The notes under the pieces: generated by a model
The model's input: only the letters and a program-made list of their open reading frames with translations
Told to the model about the DNA's origin: nothing
Databases searched by the model: none
Position numbers and translations under genes: made by a program
Source: a virus
Taxonomy: Duplodnaviria; Heunggongvirae; Uroviricota; Caudoviricetes
Virus record (IMG/VR): IMGVR_UViG_2534681941_000034
Reading direction: 5' to 3' (one strand)
DNA length: 4,109 nt
Shown: piece after piece, positions 1 through 4,109 of the stretch
Position numbering within the stretch: the stretch's first letter is position 1
Layout of the letters: every line of letters begins with the position of its first letter

Positions 1-417
1 CATATTGTGCCGCGACTGGCCGGGGCCGGAAAGGGTGGACTGCAGATTGTGCTGGGGGCGGCAGCCATCGTGGGGTCGTTCTTCACTGCCGGGGCATCAA
101 TGGCGTTATGGGGTTCAGCCCTGGCAGCCGGTGGTTTTTCTGCCACCACGATGCTGTTTTCACTTGGAGCCAGCATGATTCTGGGCGGTGTGGCCCAGAT
201 GCTGGCCCCGAAGGCAAAAACACCGGATTACCGCGCAACGGATAACGGCAGACAGAACACGTACTTTTCCTCGCTGGATAACATGATTGCCCAGGGGAAC
301 CCGATGCCGGTGCCTTACGGGGAAATGCTGGTTGGCTCCCGCCGTATATCCCAGGACATCAGCACCCGTGATGAAGGTGGGGGCGGAACGGTCGTGGTTG
401 TCGGGCGACAGGGATAA
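1..417 (+). CDS. Tail assembly protein I (lambda gpI family), C-terminal part; the 5' end lies upstream of the window. The track ORF begins at an internal GTG at 7, but the frame is open from base 1.
   Basis: Frame 1 is open from base 1 to the TAA at 415-417. The translation (glycine/alanine-rich hydrophobic stretch, then ...YFSSLDNMIAQGNPMPVPYGEMLVGSRRISQDIS...) matches my recollection of the gpI C-terminus. It sits immediately upstream of a J homologue, as in lambda (K-I-J order). Confidence 0.8.
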   Translation, partial: HIVPRLAGAGKGGLQIVLGAAAIVGSFFTAGASMALWGSALAAGGFSATTMLFSLGASMILGGVAQMLAPKAKTPDYRATDNGRQNTYFSSLDNMIAQGNPMPVPYGEMLVGSRRISQDISTRDEGGGGTVVVVGRQG

Positions 418-420
418 AAC

Positions 421-456
421 ATAAAAAAATCCCGCAGTGATCGCGGAGCTGCGGGG
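421..456 (-). terminator. Rho-independent terminator, functional on the minus strand only
   Basis: Perfect 7-bp GC-rich inverted repeat cccgcag (431-437) / ctgcggg (449-455) with an 11-nt loop. On the minus strand the stem is followed directly by AUUUUUUUAU (complement of 421-430). There is no T-run after the stem on the + strand. Confidence 0.55.
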
Positions 457-520
457 ACAGACAAATGAAGATCAATGTTAAGGAGTTGTTTTTGTTACTC
501 GGGCAAAAAAACACTAACGC
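422..520 (-). ncRNA. Candidate small regulatory RNA (about 100 nt), transcribed antisense to the tail operon from the promoter at 527-554 and ending at the terminator at 421-456
   Basis: The predicted transcript has no AUG and no plausible ORF. It has a 5' imperfect hairpin, a C/A-rich single-stranded tract (AACAAAAACAAC), an A/U-rich internal region, and a 3' GC stem plus U-tail, which is the usual layout of Hfq-dependent sRNAs. The start site is inferred from promoter geometry (about 7 nt after the -10), so the 5' end is accurate only to a few nt. Confidence 0.45.
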
Positions 521-526
521 AGCGAA

Positions 527-554
527 ATTATAAGCGCCACAGTCAGTGTGTGAA
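527..554 (-). promoter_or_regulatory. Sigma70-type promoter on the minus strand: -35 TTCACA (549-554), 16-bp spacer, -10 TATAAT (527-532)
   Basis: Read on the minus strand: ttcaca, 16 nt, tataat. The -10 is a perfect consensus and the -35 matches TTGACA at 5 of 6 positions. An A/T-rich stretch lies just upstream (complement of 555-580), resembling an UP element. Confidence 0.5.
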
Positions 555-626
555 AATGTGAAGATATTCAGAATTTTTATGCCATTACCGGTTTTAACCA
601 ACAGGATTATCGGTGGGCATGAAAGA

Positions 627-662
627 AAACCCCGGTATCTGCTGATACCGGGGTTTCTCTTT
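627..662. terminator. Bidirectional Rho-independent terminator
   Basis: Perfect 10-bp inverted repeat ccccggtatc (630-639) / gataccgggg (644-653) with a 4-nt loop (tgct). It is flanked by an A-rich run upstream (gaaagaaaa, 621-629) and a T-rich run downstream (tttctcttt, 654-662), so it should terminate on either strand. Confidence 0.7.
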
Positions 663-745
663 AGCATGGCAGAAATGTGTTTCATGCTTTTCGGGCGAAG
701 GATATCCGACTTCTGTACGGAATGGCAAGTGGCGGTTAATTTATT

Positions 746-755
746 CAGGGGAAGG
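746..755 (+). promoter_or_regulatory. Ribosome-binding site for the J gene
   Basis: Purine-rich aggggaagg lies 4-10 nt upstream of the ATG at 760-762. There is no in-frame start further upstream, because frame 1 has a TGA at 643-645. Confidence 0.4.
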
Positions 756-759
756 CTGT

Positions 760-1509
760 ATGGGAAAAGGTGGCGGTAAGGCACACACGCCTCGTGAGGC
801 GAAGGATAATCTCAAATCCACGCAGATGATGAGTGTGATTGATGCGATTGGTGAGGGACCGATAGAAGGTCCGGTGAAGGGACTGCAGAGTATTCTGGTG
901 AACAAAACCCCACTGACGGACACGGACGGCAATCCCGTGATACACGGTGTGACCGCGGTCTGGCGTGCCGGGGAGCAGGAGCAGACACCACCGGAAGGCT
1001 TTGAGTCCTCCGGAGCTGAAACCGGACTGGGCGTGGAAGTGACGAAGGCAAAACCGGTGACGCGCACCATTACGTCCGCGAACATTGACCGCCTGCGGGT
1101 CACCTTCGGGGTGCAGTCACTGTTGGAGACCACCTCAAAGGGCGACCGTAATCACTCTTCTGTCCGACTGCTGATTCAGTTGCAGCGTAACGGTAACTGG
1201 GTGACGGAAAAGGATGTCACCATTAACGGCAAGACCACCTCGCAGTTCCTGGCGTCGGTGATTCTGGATAATCTGCCGCCCCGGCCCTTTAACATCCGGA
1301 TGGGTCAGGGAGACGGCGGACAGCACCACGGACCAGCTGCAGAACAGAACGCTGTGGTCGTCATACACCGAAATCATCGATGTGAAACAGTGCTACCCGA
1401 ACACGGCCATTGTGGGGCTGCAGGTGGATGCGGAGCAGTTTGGCGGTCAGCAGATGACGGTGAACTACCATATCCGCGGTCGCATCATCCAGGTACCGTC
1501 AAACTATGA
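760..1509 (+). CDS. J fragment 1: N-terminal part of the host specificity protein J homologue. Genuine similarity ends near 1302; the remaining 3' tail of this ORF is out-of-frame read-through.
   Basis: ATG at 760 with an upstream purine-rich RBS. The first 181 residues resemble the lambda gpJ N-terminus closely. After NIRM the translation becomes low-complexity G/H/A-rich sequence with no resemblance to gpJ, while frame 2 picks up the similarity. Confidence 0.6.
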   Translation: MGKGGGKAHTPREAKDNLKSTQMMSVIDAIGEGPIEGPVKGLQSILVNKTPLTDTDGNPVIHGVTAVWRAGEQEQTPPEGFESSGAETGLGVEVTKAKPVTRTITSANIDRLRVTFGVQSLLETTSKGDRNHSSVRLLIQLQRNGNWVTEKDVTINGKTTSQFLASVILDNLPPRPFNIRMGQGDGGQHHGPAAEQNAVVVIHRNHRCETVLPEHGHCGAAGGCGAVWRSADDGELPYPRSHHPGTVKL

Positions 1510-3706
1510 CCCGGAAAAACGCACGTACAGCGGCATCTGGGACGGCAGCCTGAAACCGGCATACAGCAACAACCCTGCCTGGTGCCTGTGGGACATGCTG
1601 ACCCACCCGCGCCACGGAATGGGAAAACGCCTGGGGGCGGCGGATGTGGACAAGTGGGCGCTGTATGCCATTGCGCAGTACTGCGACCAGACGGTCCCGG
1701 ATGGTTTCGGGGGCACTGAGCCGCGGATGACTTTCAATGCGTACCTGTCACAACAGCGTAAGGCGTGGGACGTTCTCAGTGATTTCTGCTCGGCGATGCG
1801 CTGTATGCCGGTATGGAACGGGCAGACGCTGACGTTTGTGCAGGACCGTCCGTCAGATGTGGTGTGGCCCTACACCAGCAGTGATGTGGTGGTGGATGAT
1901 AACGGCGTGGGGTTTCGCTACAGCTTCAGCGCCCTGAAGGACCGCCACACGGCGGTGGAGGTGAATTACACCGACCCGCAGAACGGCTGGCAGACCTCCA
2001 CGGAACTGGTGGAAGACCCGGAAGCCATACTGCGCTACGGGCGCAACCTGCTGAAGATGGATGCGTTCGGCTGTACCAGTCGCGGTCAGGCCCACCGTGC
2101 CGGGCTGTGGGTGATAAAGACCGGACTGCTGGAAACGCAGACGGTGGATTTCACGCTCGGGTCACAGGGGCTGCGTCACACACCCGGTGACATTATTGAA
2201 ATCTGTGATAACGACTATGCCGGGACCATGACCGGCGGACGTGTCCTGTCCATCGATGCCGCCAGCCGCACCCTGACACTGGACCGTGAGGTGACCCTGC
2301 CGGAGACCGGTGCCGCCACGGTGAACCTGATTAACGGCAGCGGTAAGCCGGTGAGCGTGGCCATCACTGCACACCCCGCGCCGGACCGGATACAGGTCAG
2401 CACCCTGCCGGATGGCGTGGAGACATACGGTGTGTGGGGGCTCTCCCTGCCGTCACTGCGTCGTCGCCTGTTCCGCTGTGTCTCCATCCGGGAAAACACG
2501 GACGGCACCTTTGCCATCACGGCAGTGCAGCACGTACCGGAAAAAGAAGCCATCGTGGATAACGGGGCGCACTTTGACGGCGACCAGAGCGGCACCCTGA
2601 ACAGCGTCATCCCTCCGGCAGTGCAGCACCTGACGGTGGAGGTGAGTGCAGCTGACAGCCAGTATCTGGCGCAGGCGAAATGGGACACGCCGCGGGTGGT
2701 GAAGGGCGTGCGCTTCAGTCTGCGCCTGACCAGTGGAAGCGGTCAGGACAGCCGTCTGGTGACCACCGCCATCACTGCGGATACAGAGCATCGTTTCAGT
2801 GGTCTGCCGCTCGGGGAATACACCCTGACAGTCAGGGCAATTAACAGTTATGGCCAGCAGGGGGAACCGGCCATCACCACCTTCCGGATTAACGCGCCAG
2901 CAAAACCCGCCACCATTGAACTGACGCCGGGGTATTTTCAGATAACGGCGGTACCGGTGCTGGCGGTGTATGACCCGACGGTGCAGTTTGAGTTCTGGTT
3001 TTCGGAAAAACGCATCACGAACACGGCACAGGTGGAAAAATCTGCCCGTTATCTGGGGAGCGGCAGTCAGTGGACTGTCCAGGGAAGCCGGATTAAGCCG
3101 GGGACGGATTTCTGGTTTTACGTGCGCAGCGTCAACCTGGTGGGGAAATCTGCGTTTGTGGAAGTCAGCGGGCAGCCCAGCAATGATGGTGAAGGGTATC
3201 TGGAATTTTTCCGGGAAAAAATAGGAAAACTGCATCTGGCTCAGGGGCTATGGGAGCTGATAGACAACAGCCAGCTTGCGGATGAGATGGCGGAGATGAA
3301 GACCACCATCACGGAAACCCGCAATGAAATCACACAGACGGTCAGTAAAACGCTGGAGAACCAGAGCGCCACTATACAGCAGATACAGCGCGTGCAGAAG
3401 GACACAAATGATGACCTGGCTGCGCTGTACATGCTGAAGGTTCAAAAAACGAAAGACGGCATTCCCTATGTGGCCGGGATTGGTGCAGGGATTGAGGATA
3501 CTGATGGCCAGCCACTGAGCAACATACTGCTGCTGGCTGACCGTATCGCGATGATAAATCCGGAGAGCGGCAACAGCACGCCGTTATTTGTGGCGCAGGG
3601 GAATCAGCTGTTCATGAACGACGTGTTCCTGAAGCGACTGTTTGCGGTGAGTATCACCTCGTCCGGCAATCCCCCGACGTTTTCCCTGACGCCGGAGGGC
3701 GGCTGA
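1382..3706 (+). CDS. J fragment 2: central part of the host specificity protein J homologue, including two tandem fibronectin type III-like repeats (about 2612-3189) and the conserved [17 protein letters not shown] segment.
   Basis: Frame 2 is open from 1262 to the TGA at 3704-3706, and gpJ-like similarity begins at about 1307, upstream of the first GTG (1382). The 774-aa translation is collinear with the gpJ centre (e.g. [65 protein letters not shown]). Confidence 0.7.
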   Translation: MKQCYPNTAIVGLQVDAEQFGGQQMTVNYHIRGRIIQVPSNYDPEKRTYSGIWDGSLKPAYSNNPAWCLWDMLTHPRHGMGKRLGAADVDKWALYAIAQYCDQTVPDGFGGTEPRMTFNAYLSQQRKAWDVLSDFCSAMRCMPVWNGQTLTFVQDRPSDVVWPYTSSDVVVDDNGVGFRYSFSALKDRHTAVEVNYTDPQNGWQTSTELVEDPEAILRYGRNLLKMDAFGCTSRGQAHRAGLWVIKTGLLETQTVDFTLGSQGLRHTPGDIIEICDNDYAGTMTGGRVLSIDAASRTLTLDREVTLPETGAATVNLINGSGKPVSVAITAHPAPDRIQVSTLPDGVETYGVWGLSLPSLRRRLFRCVSIRENTDGTFAITAVQHVPEKEAIVDNGAHFDGDQSGTLNSVIPPAVQHLTVEVSAADSQYLAQAKWDTPRVVKGVRFSLRLTSGSGQDSRLVTTAITADTEHRFSGLPLGEYTLTVRAINSYGQQGEPAITTFRINAPAKPATIELTPGYFQITAVPVLAVYDPTVQFEFWFSEKRITNTAQVEKSARYLGSGSQWTVQGSRIKPGTDFWFYVRSVNLVGKSAFVEVSGQPSNDGEGYLEFFREKIGKLHLAQGLWELIDNSQLADEMAEMKTTITETRNEITQTVSKTLENQSATIQQIQRVQKDTNDDLAALYMLKVQKTKDGIPYVAGIGAGIEDTDGQPLSNILLLADRIAMINPESGNSTPLFVAQGNQLFMNDVFLKRLFAVSITSSGNPPTFSLTPEGG

Positions 3707-4109
3707 CGGCGAGAAATGCTGATATCAGTGGTAGTGTGAATGCGAATTCCGGGACGCTCAACAACGTCACGATTAACGAGAACTGTCGGGTTCTGGGAAA
3801 ACTGTCCGCGAACCAGATTGAAGGCGATCTCGTTAAAACAGTGGGCAAAGCTTTCCCCCGGGATTCCCGTGCACCGGAGCGGTGGCCATCAGGGACCATT
3901 ACCGTCAGGGTTTATGACGATCAGCCGTTTGACCGGCAGATTGTTATTCCGGCGGTGGCATTCAGCGGCGCTAAACATGAGAGAGAGCATACTGATATTT
4001 ACTCCTCATGCCGTCTGATAGTGCGGAAAAACGGTGCTGAAATTTATAACCGTACCGCGCTGGATAATACGCTGATTTACAGTGGCGTTATTGATATGCC
4101 TGCCGGTCA
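3700..4109 (+). CDS. J fragment 3: start of the C-terminal (receptor-binding) region of the host specificity protein J homologue; partial, running off the window end.
   Basis: Frame 1 is open from 3556 to the window end and is missing from the supplied track only because it has no stop in the window. From 3700 it translates to [54 protein letters not shown]...[18 protein letters not shown]...VIDMPAG, collinear with the lambda gpJ C-terminal region but clearly diverged from it. Confidence 0.7.

Larger units (their letters stand above)
760..4109 (+). pseudogene. Host specificity protein J / central tail fibre (lambda gpJ family). It is interrupted by two frameshifts (frame 1 to frame 2 near 1303-1309, and back to frame 1 near 3698-3703) and its 3' end lies beyond the window.
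   Basis: The translation follows my recollection of lambda gpJ nearly residue for residue, but only if the frame is switched twice. The N-terminus ([22 protein letters not shown]...[11 protein letters not shown]) is in frame 1 up to about 1302. The centre (...[30 protein letters not shown]...[10 protein letters not shown]...SLTPEGG) is in frame 2 from about 1307 to the TGA at 3704-3706. The C-terminal part ([29 protein letters not shown]...PFDRQIV...DMPAG) is in frame 1 from 3700 to the window end. Whether this is a real pseudogene or an assembly artefact cannot be told from the sequence. Confidence 0.8.

Noticed and set aside
465-533. Small + strand ORF, 22 codons (MKINVKELFLLLGQKNTNAAKL), with a weak purine-rich stretch (gggga) upstream
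   Set aside because: It is very short, has only a marginal Shine-Dalgarno sequence, and lies exactly antisense to the better-supported promoter/terminator-bounded sRNA. No + strand promoter is evident. A micropeptide cannot be excluded without ribosome profiling.
663-689. Dyad agcatg ... catgct with a 15-nt loop upstream of the J start
   Set aside because: The stem is only 6 bp, partly A/T, with a large loop and no adjacent U-tract. It is too weak to call a terminator or operator from sequence alone.
546-779. Track ORF on the + strand, 77 aa, in the intergenic region
   Set aside because: It reads through the strong bidirectional terminator at 627-662 and overlaps the J start. It has no RBS and no recognisable protein features.
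359-784. Track ORF on the minus strand, 141 aa, spanning the I-J intergenic region
   Set aside because: It runs through both terminator hairpins and the promoter, overlaps the 3' end of I and the 5' end of J, and has a low-complexity, cysteine/proline/leucine-rich translation with no recognisable domain. It is most likely a chance open frame.
741-3899. Multiple minus-strand and alternative-frame ORFs inside J (e.g. 741-1133, 812-1051, 1135-1377, 1504-1737, 1853-2095, 2162-2374, 2215-2688, 2453-3235, 3241-3445, 3654-3899 on the minus strand; 2412-2600 and 2970-3224 on the + strand)
   Set aside because: All lie inside the strongly supported gpJ coding frames. Their translations are arginine/proline/cysteine-rich, as expected for out-of-frame or antisense reading of GC-rich coding DNA. 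None has a start context or recognisable motifs.
3740-4018. Track ORF on the + strand, 92 aa, in frame 2 after the second frameshift
   Set aside because: It is in the wrong frame relative to the gpJ homology, which continues in frame 1 from 3700 to the window end. Its translation ([30 protein letters not shown]...) is an out-of-frame artefact.
1-4109. Search for CRISPR repeats, tRNA/rRNA genes, IS-element terminal inverted repeats and integrase or att sites
   Set aside because: No regularly spaced direct repeats, no tRNA-like cloverleaf regions, and no transposase-like ORFs were found. The window is fully accounted for by tail genes I and J plus the intergenic RNA module.

Overview
This window is the distal tail region of a lambdoid (lambda-like) prophage or phage from an enterobacterial host, read on the + strand in late-operon orientation. 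It contains the 3' end of a tail assembly protein I gene (1-417), a 342-bp intergenic region (418-759), and most of a host-specificity / central tail fibre protein J gene (760 to past the window end). The J reading frame is broken twice by single-base indels (near 1303-1309 and 3698-3703), so it is either a pseudogene of a decaying prophage or carries two sequencing indels. The most interesting part is the I-J intergenic region, which is about 280 bp longer than I recall for phage lambda. On the minus strand it holds a near-consensus sigma70 promoter (-35 TTCACA, 16-bp spacer, -10 TATAAT, 527-554), a roughly 100-nt body with no start codon, and an intrinsic terminator (421-456). I read this as a candidate small regulatory RNA, antisense to the tail operon. 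A separate, symmetric bidirectional terminator sits at 627-662. All protein identifications rest on my recall of lambda gpI and gpJ sequences, not on a database search. No rRNA, tRNA, CRISPR array or IS element was found.
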